Below are positions 55,009-64,000 of a stretch of 64,000 nt of DNA, in pieces (position 1 is the stretch's first letter; each line of letters opens with the position of its first letter). The DNA lies in NCBI GenBank assembly GCA_965225945.1, contig CBDDBZ010000038.1:416001-480000 (forward strand). The letters run 5' to 3'. The translations under genes were made by a program, and so were the position numbers. This stretch comes from Alphaproteobacteria bacterium (GTDB lineage Bacteria; Pseudomonadota; Alphaproteobacteria; GCA-2731375). The notes under the pieces were generated by a model that saw only the letters and a list, made by a program, of their open reading frames with translations, ran no database searches and was not told where the DNA came from.

Positions 55009-55695
55009 ATGTTTCGCGCGCGTGAAGCCAATCGCATCAAGAAGCTCGACGGGCCGCGTCGGTCGCCGACCTCGGGCGGCCCGGCCCGCCAGCTCGTCGT
55101 GCTGCTGCACGGCTACGGCGCGAACGGGGAGGACCTGATCGGCCTCGCCCCCTACATGGCGCGTCTGGTGCCCGATGCCGCCTTCGTCTCGCCCCACGCG
55201 CCGGAGCGCTGCGCCAAGCAGCCGATGGGCTATCAGTGGTGGGGCATCGAGAGCTTCAGCCCGGAGGAACGGCTGGAGGGCGCCATGCGCGCGGCGCCGG
55301 TTCTCGACGCCTTTATCGATGGCGAGTTGGAGAAGCTCGGCCTGGACGAGAGCAGCCTGGCCCTCGTCGGCTTCAGCCAGGGCACGATGATGGCGCTCCA
55401 CTGTGGCCTCAGACGCGAGCGGCAGGTGGCGGCCATCATCGGCTATTCCGGCGCCCTGGTGGCGCCCGACCTCTTACCCGATGAAATTCGCACCAAGCCG
55501 CCGGTGCTGCTGGTTCACGGCGATCGCGACGAGCTGTTGCCGGCGGACTCGACCCTGGAGGCGGTGCAAGGGCTCTCCAACGTCGGCGTCGCGGTGGAGT
55601 GGCACTTCAGCGCCGGCGCCGGCCATTCGATCGCCCAGGACGGTCTCGATCTCGGAACCTCTTTCCTCGCCCGCGCCCTCGTCGGCAAGCTCTGA
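55009..55695 (+). CDS. Phospholipase/carboxylesterase (alpha/beta hydrolase)
   Basis: LLHGYGANG, GFSQG nucleophile, VHGDRD, GHSI. Confidence 0.9.
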   Translation: MFRAREANRIKKLDGPRRSPTSGGPARQLVVLLHGYGANGEDLIGLAPYMARLVPDAAFVSPHAPERCAKQPMGYQWWGIESFSPEERLEGAMRAAPVLDAFIDGELEKLGLDESSLALVGFSQGTMMALHCGLRRERQVAAIIGYSGALVAPDLLPDEIRTKPPVLLVHGDRDELLPADSTLEAVQGLSNVGVAVEWHFSAGAGHSIAQDGLDLGTSFLARALVGKL

Positions 55696-55701
55696 GCCGG
55701 A

Positions 55702-57282
55702 ATGACGACAAAGCCGGAAAGCCGGACGGCGCCGGATCTCTTGGCCGAAATGGCGCGCCGCCACCCCGAGGCCGAGGCCGTCGTCGACGGCGGGCTTCGC
55801 TGGAGTTATGCGACGCTCCACGCCGAGGCCAGGGCGGCGGCCAAGGGACTTTCGGCGCTCGGCGTGACGCGGGGCGACCGGGTGGCGATCCTGATGGGCA
55901 ATCGGGCCGAGTGGCTCAGCGTCGAATTTGGCACGATGATGCTGGGGGCGATCGCGGTAGCGCTCAACACCTGGGCGAGCGGCGCCGAGCTCGCCCATCA
56001 GCTCGCCGATTCGGGGACCCGCGTCATCGTGCTGGAGACCAGGCATCGCAACACCGACCTATTGCAGCGGGTGCGCGAGGCGCGGGCGACGACCGAGCTT
56101 CCGGCACTGGAGCATGTGGTCGTGGTCGATCCGGAGGAAGCCTTCGCCGACGTCGTCGACCATGACGAGATGCTGCTCGCCGGCACGGCGATCGAGGAGG
56201 CCGACATCGCCGAGGCCGAGGCCAGGGTCCGGCCCGAGGATCCAGCCTGCCTGCTCTATACCTCCGGCTCGACGGCGCTGCCGAAGGGAGTGCCGCTGCA
56301 TCACCGGGGCCTGATCGACAACATGTGGGAGATCGGCGAGCGCCAGCACCTCGGCCCCCACGATCGGTTGTGGCTCGCCGTCTCGCTCTTCTGGTCCTTC
56401 GGTGGCGTCAACGCGGTCTTCGCGCTGCTGACCCACGGCGGCGCGATCGTGCTGCAGCCGCATTTTGACGCGGGGCGCGCGCTGCGGCTGATCGAGCGGG
56501 AGCGCTGCAGCGTGTTCTACGGCACCCCGAACATGGCGCTCGCCATGCACGAGCACCCGGAGCGGGCGTCGCGCGATCTCTCCTCGCTTCGGACCGGCGT
56601 CACCATCGGCACGCCGGAACAGGTCATGCGCGTCGTCGAGCTCGGCGTCGCTGAAATCTGCAACGCCTACGGTCTGACGGAGGCCTTCGGCAACTCCGCG
56701 GTCACCGATTGCCGAATGGCGCTCGAGCGCCGCATCGCCTGTTCCGGCCCGCCGCTCGGCGGCGTCGAGCTTCGGATCGTCGATCCCGAGAGCGAGGTGC
56801 CGCGCGCCGTGGGCGAGGTCGGCGAGATCCGGGTGAGGGGCAATCTCATGGCCGGTTACTGGAACGATCCGGCCCGAACGGCCGAGGCCTTCGACGGCGA
56901 GGGCTTTCACAAGACCGGCGACCTCGGAGTGCTGGACGAGGCCGGCAACCTGGTGTTTCGCGGCCGCCTGAAGGAGATGGTGAAGACCGGCGGCATCAAC
57001 GTGGCGCCGGCCGAGGTGGAGGATGCGCTCCGCCGCCACGAAGACGTCGAGCTGGCCTTCGTCACCGGCCTGCCCGACGACCGGCTCGACGAGGCGCTGG
57101 CCGCCGTGATCGTGCCGAGGGGCGACGCGCCACCCGACGAGAATGCGTTGAAGGCGCATTGCCGCGAGCGCCTCGCCGCCTACAAGGTGCCGCGCCACTT
57201 TCGTTTCGTCGAGGCGAGCGCGTTGCCGCTGACCAGCACCGGCAAGTTGGAAAAGCGGCGTCTGCCGGAGCTCTTCGGCTGA
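55702..57282 (+). CDS. AMP-binding acyl-CoA synthetase
   Basis: YTSGSTALPKG, YGLTE, TGDLG, GRLKEM, YKVP. Confidence 0.92.
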   Translation: MTTKPESRTAPDLLAEMARRHPEAEAVVDGGLRWSYATLHAEARAAAKGLSALGVTRGDRVAILMGNRAEWLSVEFGTMMLGAIAVALNTWASGAELAHQLADSGTRVIVLETRHRNTDLLQRVREARATTELPALEHVVVVDPEEAFADVVDHDEMLLAGTAIEEADIAEAEARVRPEDPACLLYTSGSTALPKGVPLHHRGLIDNMWEIGERQHLGPHDRLWLAVSLFWSFGGVNAVFALLTHGGAIVLQPHFDAGRALRLIERERCSVFYGTPNMALAMHEHPERASRDLSSLRTGVTIGTPEQVMRVVELGVAEICNAYGLTEAFGNSAVTDCRMALERRIACSGPPLGGVELRIVDPESEVPRAVGEVGEIRVRGNLMAGYWNDPARTAEAFDGEGFHKTGDLGVLDEAGNLVFRGRLKEMVKTGGINVAPAEVEDALRRHEDVELAFVTGLPDDRLDEALAAVIVPRGDAPPDENALKAHCRERLAAYKVPRHFRFVEASALPLTSTGKLEKRRLPELFG

Positions 57283-57408
57283 GGGTGGATACCAACCGCC
57301 ATAAGCGAAGCGAAGGACTTTTTAACAGGGGCGCGTTATCGGCTCGCGCGGACCTGGGTCACCCGTTCCCGGCGGGGTCGGAGGGAGACAGTCGGCCCGA
57401 AGCGTGCC

Positions 57409-58185
57409 TCAACGGGCCGTCCAGCCGCCGTCGACCAGCAGGCTCGTCCCGGTGATCATGCCGGCGGCTGGCGAGGCGAGGAAGACCACGGCGGCGGCGA
57501 TGTCCTCGATCCGGGCCAGATGCCCCATCGGGATCGAATCGATGATGCCCTTGCGGAAATCCGGATCCGCCAGCGCCGGACGGGTCATCGGCGTGTCGAC
57601 CCAGGTCGGCGCCACCGCGTTCACCCGGATATTGGCCTCCGCCAGCTCGATCGCCATCGCCTTGGTCAAACCCTCGAGGGCGTGCTTGGTCAGCGTATAG
57701 ACGCTGCGGTCCTTCAGCGCGACGTGACCGAGTTGGGAGGTGATGTTGATCACGGCGCCGCCCCGCGCCGGCCGGTCCTCGTCGGCGAGCATCCGCCGCA
57801 CCGCCGCCTGGGCGACCCGAAAGGCGGCGCGGACGTTCAAGCCCAACATGGTATCGAGCGCCGCCTCGCTCACCTCCACGAAAGGTTGGGGAATGTTGGT
57901 GCCGGCGTTGTTGACCAGAATATCCAGCCGCTCCAACGCGCCGAAGGCCCGGTCCACGCGAGCGCCGTCGGTGATGTCGAGCGGCAGGACCCGGCAAGTG
58001 CCGCCCACCGCGCGAATGCCGTCGGCCACGCCCTCGAGCTCGCTTTGCGTCCGGCTGACCAGCACCACCTCGGCGCCAGCCACCGCCAGCGCCTCGGCCA
58101 TGCCGACGCCGAGCCCCCGGCCCGCGCCGCTGACCAGCGCCACCCGCCCGTCGAGCCGAAACGTCGCGTCCTCGCCCGGTGTCAT
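57409..58185 (-). CDS. Short-chain dehydrogenase/reductase
   Basis: GAGRGLG, NNAG, YTLTK (YxxxK), TGTSLLVDGG. Confidence 0.93.
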   Translation of the reverse strand: MTPGEDATFRLDGRVALVSGAGRGLGVGMAEALAVAGAEVVLVSRTQSELEGVADGIRAVGGTCRVLPLDITDGARVDRAFGALERLDILVNNAGTNIPQPFVEVSEAALDTMLGLNVRAAFRVAQAAVRRMLADEDRPARGGAVINITSQLGHVALKDRSVYTLTKHALEGLTKAMAIELAEANIRVNAVAPTWVDTPMTRPALADPDFRKGIIDSIPMGHLARIEDIAAAVVFLASPAAGMITGTSLLVDGGWTAR

Positions 58186-58355
58186 GGCCCTCTCCGATCA
58201 TCGTACCCCATCGCGAATGATAGACGATGTTCGGCCGAGGCCGCATCGCCCGGGCGGCTCCGCTCGACTATGGTAGCGAAGCCGGGACGCGCGCGAAAGG
58301 AGATATGGTGGCGGTGGCGGAAGGCAACCGAGGTGACGTCATGGGCCAAAGGCAA

Positions 58356-58383
58356 TTGGACATTTGGCCGCGATTGATATAAT
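58356..58383 (+). promoter_or_regulatory. Putative sigma70 promoter overlapping the IS target site
   Basis: TTGGAC-N16-TATAAT; the -10 box (58378..58383) overlaps the left target duplication. Confidence 0.45.
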
Positions 58384-58387
58384 TTTT

Positions 58388-59412
58388 GGCTCAATTCGTG
58401 AATTGTATGCATTAGTGATAGAGTGCCTGGAACGTCAGGAGGTTGGGTTATGGACGGCAAGGGTTTCCAGGTGTGGCTTTCGGCGGCGCGCGGGCTGACG
58501 CGCGCGCAGCGGCGCGAGGCGCTCGCGGTGCTGTCGGGCCGGAGCGAGGGCGAGGCATCGAAGGCCGCGATCGAGCTTGGTGTGGACGAGGCCCGGCGCT
58601 GTCCGCACTGCGCGAGCGAAGGGGCGGTTTCGCGCGGTATGGCGCGGGGTCTGCGGCGCTACCAGTGCAAGGGCTGCGGCAGGACCTTCAACGCGCTGAG
58701 CGGTACGCCGCTGTCGGGCTTGCACCACAAGGAACGCTGGCTGTCGTTCGGGGCGTCGCTGGCGAAGGGGGAGACGGTGAAGGCGTCGGCGGCGCGCTGC
58801 GACGTGGCGGTGAGCACGGCGTTCCGCTGGCGTCACCGGTTTCTGGCGGCGGCGCGGAGCGATTCGGAGGTGCTCAAGGGGATCGTGGAAGCGGACGAGA
58901 CCTACGTCCTGGAGAGCCGGAAGGGCGCGCGCGGGCTGGGGCGCAAGGCACGGCGGCGGGGCGGCAAGGCGAAGAAGCGCGGCCTCTCGCGCGAGCAGGT
59001 ACCGGTTCTCATGGCGGCGGACCAGAGCGGAACGACGGTCAGCGCGGTGCTGCCCAGGGTCGATGCGGCGGCGCTCACGGCTGCCCTCGACCCGGTGGTC
59101 GCGAAGGACGCCCTGCTGGTCTCCGACGGCGGCGCGAGCTACCCACCGTGCGCCGCCGCGCTCGGGGTGAGCCACGAAGCACTCAACCGCTCGATGGGGG
59201 AACGGGTTCGGGGCGATCTGCATGTGCAGACGGTGAACAGCCGCCACAGCCGGTTGAAGGACTTCCTGCGTCCCCGCCGCGGCATCGCCACCCGCTATCT
59301 GGACAACTACCTGAGCTGGTTCCACCTCGTCGGCCTCGCCCCCGGCGCCAATGACCGAGCCTGCCTCGCCGCCGCCGTAACAAGGTGACGCATACAATTC
59401 ACGAATTGAGCC
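58388..59412 (+). mobile_element. Complete IS1595-family insertion sequence (1025 bp)
   Basis: Perfect 23-bp TIRs GGCTCAATTCGTGAATTGTATGC (58388..58410, 59390..59412); 8-bp TSD TAATTTTT (58380..58387, 59413..59420). Confidence 0.96.
58450..59388 (+). CDS. IS1595-family transposase
   Basis: Zn ribbon CPHC...CKGC, HTH with TAFRWRHRF, VEADETY, SDG, HVQTVN, GIATRYL.NY. Confidence 0.95.
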   Translation: MDGKGFQVWLSAARGLTRAQRREALAVLSGRSEGEASKAAIELGVDEARRCPHCASEGAVSRGMARGLRRYQCKGCGRTFNALSGTPLSGLHHKERWLSFGASLAKGETVKASAARCDVAVSTAFRWRHRFLAAARSDSEVLKGIVEADETYVLESRKGARGLGRKARRRGGKAKKRGLSREQVPVLMAADQSGTTVSAVLPRVDAAALTAALDPVVAKDALLVSDGGASYPPCAAALGVSHEALNRSMGERVRGDLHVQTVNSRHSRLKDFLRPRRGIATRYLDNYLSWFHLVGLAPGANDRACLAAAVTR

Positions 59413-59647
59413 TAATTTTTTAGTCGAGGGCGCGATCATCTCGCCGTGCCTGCTTGGGATGTGCCGGGAAACACATCTCGATGGCGGGTCGGTTGAGTTC
59501 GGCGGGAATGATAATTGGGAGATTCCCATGAGCCGTGGCACGAACGGCGGTGGCGGTCGGATTGTGGATCGCGTCCGCGCCGGCGGCAAAATTCTCACGA
59601 TGAACGGTAGGCTCGGCGATGCGCCTCTCGCGACATATGTGCTGATC

Positions 59648-59842
59648 GTGGCGTCCACGACGCAATTGCGTCGTTTCCTGCGTGACGATTCGGGCGCGGC
59701 GGGGATCGAGTACGGCCTTATCGTCACCGGTATCGCGATCGCCATCCTGTCGACGATCTTCGCCATCGGTTCCGAGGTGCGCGAAATGTTTGAATACTTC
59801 GACGGCAAGATCGAGCAGCGTATGGGCGCTTTCGGCAGCTGA
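59648..59842 (+). CDS. Flp family type IVb pilin (start uncertain; 59528 is an alternative)
   Basis: RRFLRDDSG^AAGIEYGLI prepilin site (G-X4-EY) followed by a hydrophobic helix. Confidence 0.85.
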   Translation: MASTTQLRRFLRDDSGAAGIEYGLIVTGIAIAILSTIFAIGSEVREMFEYFDGKIEQRMGAFGS

Positions 59843-60042
59843 CGTCGGTTGCCCGCGCTTGCTTTTCGTCTCATCTGGCATCCCAAAGGGCCGTGATCGA
59901 GCCCGTGATCTCGGGCCGCTCCGTCATGCCTGCGATTCGGCCGGAAATTCGGACTCCGCATCGATGTTGCTTCGCGCCCTCGCCAGCCAGCGCCTGCCGC
60001 GACCCGGCGAATCGCTTCGAATCCGAAGCGTTCTCACCGCGT

Positions 60043-61419
60043 TCAGGAGGGGAGATCGCCTTCCGCGCGCAGCATCTCGATGGCGGCGCGAAGTGCGGCC
60101 GCCGCGTGCTCGATGTCGGCCTCGTCGTGGGCGGCGGAGACCGTGCCGCCCGGCTTGCCGTTGAGGTCGATGCCGTTCACCAGGAGCGCGAGCCGGAGCT
60201 TGGTCAGAAGTGGGCTCTTGGCCTTGAAGATCTCGGCGCCGTGGGCCGAGGCGTCGAATTCACCCGGCTCGACCGCCAGGCCTTGCGGGTTCAGGAACAG
60301 ATAGAAGCTCGAAAAGCTCCCGTGACAGGCCCAGGGGAGGCCCGCCTCGGCGATCACCTCGTTCCACCGCCGGCGCAACAGGTCGCCATGGCGGTTGGCG
60401 CGCTCGCAAGCATCGCCGTCGCGGATGATCGGTAGCGCCACCACCCCCGCCGCGGCCGAGAGCGGATTGGCGTTGTAGGTCCCCTGGTGGCCGATCTTCT
60501 CGAAGCCCTTGGCCTCGGCCACGTCGAAATCCAACAGCTCCAGAATCTCGGCGCGGCCGGAGATCGCGCCCCCCGGCAGCCCGCCGGACAGAATTTTCGC
60601 CAGGCTGGTGAGATCGGGAGTGACGCCGTAGTGGCCCTGGGCACCGCCGGGCGAGACGCGGAACCCCGTCACCACCTCGTCGAAAATCAGAACCACGCCA
60701 AATTCCGCGCTCGCCTCGCGGAGCCCGCGCAGGAACTCGCCGTCCACGGGGATCTGGCCGGAACTGGCGCCGGTCGGCTCCAAGATCACGGCGGCGATGT
60801 CGTCCTCCGCCTCGAACAGCGCGCGCACCGCCTCGATATCGCCCGCCGGCAGCAGCACCGTGCTGGCCGCAATTTCCGCCAGCACGCCCGGCGTCGGGCT
60901 GCCGTCGAAATGATCGCCGACACCGAAGGCGACATGATCGTTCCAGCCGTGGAAGTGGCCCAGAAAGCGCAGGATCTTGCGCCGTCCCGTGAAGGCCCGG
61001 GCCAGCCGAAACGCCATCAGGTTGGCTTCCGTGCCGGAGGCGGTGAAGCGAACGGTCTCGGCGCTCGCCACCATCTGCTTGACCAGGCCGCCCCAGCGCA
61101 CCTCCAGATCGTGGCAGGCGCCGAAGTGGGTGCCGCGCTCCATCTGCGCCTGCACGGCGGCCACCACCTCCGGCCGGCCGTGGCCCAGCAGCAGCGCGCC
61201 GTGGCCACCGAAGAAATCGACGTATTCGTTGCCGTCAACATCCCACTTGCGCGCGCCCTTGGCCCGCTCGACGTAGATGCCGTAGGGCAGCAGGCGGCGG
61301 GAATCGTGGGTGATGCCGCTCGGGAAGGTGTCCCGGGCTTGGGCGGCCAGCGCTTCGGAGGCGGGCGTCCGTTCGCGGTAGGCGGCAAGGATGCGGGAAT
61401 TCGACGACGTGGTCATCAT
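60043..61419 (-). CDS. Class III aminotransferase, glutamate-1-semialdehyde aminomutase-like
   Basis: WDVDGNEYVDF, SGTEA, HFHGW.D, LIFDEVVTGFR, LAKILSGGLP. Confidence 0.88.
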   Translation of the reverse strand: MMTTSSNSRILAAYRERTPASEALAAQARDTFPSGITHDSRRLLPYGIYVERAKGARKWDVDGNEYVDFFGGHGALLLGHGRPEVVAAVQAQMERGTHFGACHDLEVRWGGLVKQMVASAETVRFTASGTEANLMAFRLARAFTGRRKILRFLGHFHGWNDHVAFGVGDHFDGSPTPGVLAEIAASTVLLPAGDIEAVRALFEAEDDIAAVILEPTGASSGQIPVDGEFLRGLREASAEFGVVLIFDEVVTGFRVSPGGAQGHYGVTPDLTSLAKILSGGLPGGAISGRAEILELLDFDVAEAKGFEKIGHQGTYNANPLSAAAGVVALPIIRDGDACERANRHGDLLRRRWNEVIAEAGLPWACHGSFSSFYLFLNPQGLAVEPGEFDASAHGAEIFKAKSPLLTKLRLALLVNGIDLNGKPGGTVSAAHDEADIEHAAAALRAAIEMLRAEGDLPS

Positions 61420-61421
61420 GT

Positions 61422-63545
61422 TCAATTCTCCTCGGTGCCCCGAGACGGGGCGGCTCTCCCCTCGATGCGGGACATGACGATGTTGTTCCACCCATCGAGC
61501 CGCGCCGTCCAGCCCGGACGGACGACGGTGGTGCTGTCGTATTCCTCGACGATAAACGGCCCGGCCCGCGCCACCTCAGCCAGACCGCCGCGACCGACGA
61601 CAGGAGTCTCCAACCAGCCGTGCTCGGGGCCGTGATAGGCGCGGCGACTTCCCGTGGCGGGCGCCACCTCGGCGTCGAGGGTGATTTTCGCCGGCAGGCG
61701 GGGCCTTGCCGCGAGGCCCCGTCCGACGACCTTGAGCGAGACGAACTGTATGCCTTCCTCGTCCGAACGGTAACCGAAAGTCGCCTCGTGGGCCCGGGCG
61801 AAGGCTTCGGCGAGGGCGTCGAGATCCTCCGCCCCCAGCGGCGGCTCGGGGAGCGGCAGGGACAACGCGGCATTCTGCGAAACGTATTTGATCTCGGCCG
61901 AGCCGGCGAGCTCGCGCGCTTCTGGCGGATAGCCGTCGGCGGCGAGCAAGCCTTCCGCCTCGGCCCGAAGCGTCAGGATCTCGGCCTCGAGCGGATCGAG
62001 CTCGAGCTCGTCGAAGGTCCGATAGAAGGCGCGGATGCATTGATGCTCGGTGTCGGCGAAGAGCAGGCCGAGGGCGCTGAAGAGGCCCGCTGCCGGCGGC
62101 ACCAGCACATGCTCGGTGCCCAGCGCCTCCGCCAGGCCGGCGACGTGCACACCGCCGTTGCCGCCGAAGGCGAAGAGGGGAAACCGCGACGGGTCCAAGC
62201 CACGTTCGGAGGAAACGGCGCCGAGCGCGCGCATCATTCGGGAGTTGGCGATCAGGTGGATGCCGTGCGCCGCCTCGATGAACGGCCGCCCGATCGCCCG
62301 GGCGATCTCGTCGACCGCGCGCTCGCCGGCTTCGCGATCGAGCACCAGGTCGCCGCCGACCAGCGCGTCGGGGTTGAGGTAGCCGAGAGCCAAGTTGGCG
62401 TCGGTCACCGTCGCCGCCGTGCCGCCCTGGCCATAGCAGGCCGGACCCGGCGCGGCGCCGGCGCTTCTCGGTCCCACCTGTAGGCCGCCGCCGGGATCGA
62501 TCCAAGCGATCGAACCGCCGCCCGCGCCGACCTCGGCGATATCGATGGTCGGCGCCTGCACCACATAGCCGCCGCCTCTCACCATCCGGTGGCCGAGCGA
62601 CGCCTCGCCGCCGACCTCGGTCTCGGGTGCGAGCGCGAATTCGCCGCCCTCGATGATCGCCGCCTTGGCCGTGGTGCCGCCCATGTCGAAGACGATGCAA
62701 TCGGCCATGCCCAGCCGTTCCGCCAGCCGCCGTGCGCCGACGACTCCGGCGGCGGGTCCGGATTCGATGACGAAGATGGGCTTCCGGGCGGCCATCGGGG
62801 CCGGCAGCACGCCGCCGTTCGACTGCATGATGTTGAGCGGCACGGTGATCCCGATATCGCACAAGCGGGTCTCCAGGCGCCGCGCATAGCCTTCGATCAC
62901 CGGCCGGATATAGGCGTTGACCACCGTCGTGCTGGTACGTTCGTACTCCTGAATCTGCGGCACCAACTCGCTGGAGACGGTGACGGGCAGGTCCGGCAGG
63001 TATTCGCGGAGGAGGCTCGCCGCCCGCTCCTCATGGCGAGGGTCGACATAGGCGTTCAGGAAACAGACCGCCACCGCGTCGACGCCCGCCTCGGCTATGC
63101 GGCGCGCGACGTCGCGCACGCCCGCCTCGTCCAGCGGACGAACCACCTCGCCGGCGGCGGAAATCCGCTCTCCCACCTCGAAGCGGAGCCGTCGCTCGAC
63201 CAGCGGCTCGGGCTTGCGGAAACCGACGTCGTAGAGCCGGGGCGAGCGGAAGCGGGCGATTTCCAGGACGTCGCGAAAGCCCTCGGTGGTCACCAGCGCG
63301 ACCCGGACGCCCTGGCGTTCGATGATCGCGTTGGTGGCGATCGTGGTGCCGTGCACGACTTCGCCGATCTCGCTCGCGCCGATCCCGGCCTCCGCCAGCA
63401 GGGCGCGGACGCCCTCCTCGATCGCCCGGCTGTAGTCGTCGGGGGTGGAGAGGATTTTTTTCGTGCAGAGCCGCCCGTCGCCACCCAGGATCGTAATGTC
63501 GGTGAAGGTGCCGCCGATATCGATGCCGAGCCGATAGTCGCTCAT
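61422..63545 (-). CDS. Hydantoinase A/oxoprolinase family ATP-binding subunit
   Basis: GIDIGGTFTD, HGTTIATNA, SGPAAG, DMGGTT, GAGGGS, GPACYG.GG, E.DSTT. Confidence 0.93.
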   Translation of the reverse strand: MSDYRLGIDIGGTFTDITILGGDGRLCTKKILSTPDDYSRAIEEGVRALLAEAGIGASEIGEVVHGTTIATNAIIERQGVRVALVTTEGFRDVLEIARFRSPRLYDVGFRKPEPLVERRLRFEVGERISAAGEVVRPLDEAGVRDVARRIAEAGVDAVAVCFLNAYVDPRHEERAASLLREYLPDLPVTVSSELVPQIQEYERTSTTVVNAYIRPVIEGYARRLETRLCDIGITVPLNIMQSNGGVLPAPMAARKPIFVIESGPAAGVVGARRLAERLGMADCIVFDMGGTTAKAAIIEGGEFALAPETEVGGEASLGHRMVRGGGYVVQAPTIDIAEVGAGGGSIAWIDPGGGLQVGPRSAGAAPGPACYGQGGTAATVTDANLALGYLNPDALVGGDLVLDREAGERAVDEIARAIGRPFIEAAHGIHLIANSRMMRALGAVSSERGLDPSRFPLFAFGGNGGVHVAGLAEALGTEHVLVPPAAGLFSALGLLFADTEHQCIRAFYRTFDELELDPLEAEILTLRAEAEGLLAADGYPPEARELAGSAEIKYVSQNAALSLPLPEPPLGAEDLDALAEAFARAHEATFGYRSDEEGIQFVSLKVVGRGLAARPRLPAKITLDAEVAPATGSRRAYHGPEHGWLETPVVGRGGLAEVARAGPFIVEEYDSTTVVRPGWTARLDGWNNIVMSRIEGRAAPSRGTEEN

Positions 63546-64000
63546 GCGTCCCGGGCCTCGGCGAGGCGCCGCCTGAGCGCCACCGTCTCGTCGGGGCGCA
63601 GCGTTCCGGCCTCGACGACGACGCCGTATTCGGCTCTTGCGTGGGTGGGCGTGATCTTCTCCTGGCGGATGTCCTCCGCCACGGCGTTCGCGTCCCGCTC
63701 CAGGGGATCGCCGTAACCGCCGGAGCCGGCCATCTCGCTGCGGAACACCTCGCCCCGGCGCATGTGGCGCACGAACTTCGCGGGCGCTTCCTCCCGTTTG
63801 CCGTCGCGGATGAAGTAGGAGCGGGAGAGCGCGCCCGGCTTGCCGCCGAAAATCCCCCAGCAGGGATGCACGTGGCGATCGGCGCGCTGCTGCACGATCG
63901 CCTCGTCGTTCAGCATGCGGTATTGCCGCGTCATGCCGAGGGCGCCGCGATACTTGCCGGGCCCGCCGGTGTCGGGAAGGAAGCCGTATTCCTCGATCAG
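63542..64000 (-). CDS. Hydantoinase B/oxoprolinase subunit, C-terminal part (truncated by window edge)
   Basis: DTGGPGKYRG, WGIFGGKPG, GSGGYGDPLERD, AEYGVV. Confidence 0.9.
   Translation of the reverse strand: MIEEYGFLPDTGGPGKYRGALGMTRQYRMLNDEAIVQQRADRHVHPCWGIFGGKPGALSRSYFIRDGKREEAPAKFVRHMRRGEVFRSEMAGSGGYGDPLERDANAVAEDIRQEKITPTHARAEYGVVVEAGTLRPDETVALRRRLAEARDA

Overview
High-GC chromosomal window from an alphaproteobacterium, judged from eipA, DUF4170, a phasin with PhaR-type boxes, dnaN-recF-gyrB without dnaA, and tldD divergent from the aa3 oxidase operon. Core genes (ubiE, gyrB/recF/dnaN, tldD, the cox/cta operon, tmk, cspA, rpsU) are mixed with many catabolic genes (acyl-CoA ligases, hcrC/hcrA, GMC, TauD, amidase, CoA-transferase, ABC transporters, hydantoinase/oxoprolinase), a four-gene surface-glycosylation cassette and one intact IS1595 element. 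The most notable signals are missing from the ORF track. (1) A probable selenoprotein: a glutaredoxin UxxC-DinB fusion with in-frame UGA and a SECIS-like hairpin, sitting where hcrB normally lies. (2) Two TA-bounded, multi-branched palindromic elements of 270-290 bp with no evident shared sequence but near-identical geometry, two 21-bp 'collapsed' versions of one of them, and a two-hairpin CIR/Bru-RS-like repeat. (3) An rpsU gene with no ATG/GTG/TTG start (probably ATC) behind a triplicated Shine-Dalgarno repeat. Several single-base frameshifts and two imperfect tandem duplications suggest long-read or consensus assembly errors, so every single-base claim needs read-level checking. All family calls come from motif recognition; no database search was run.
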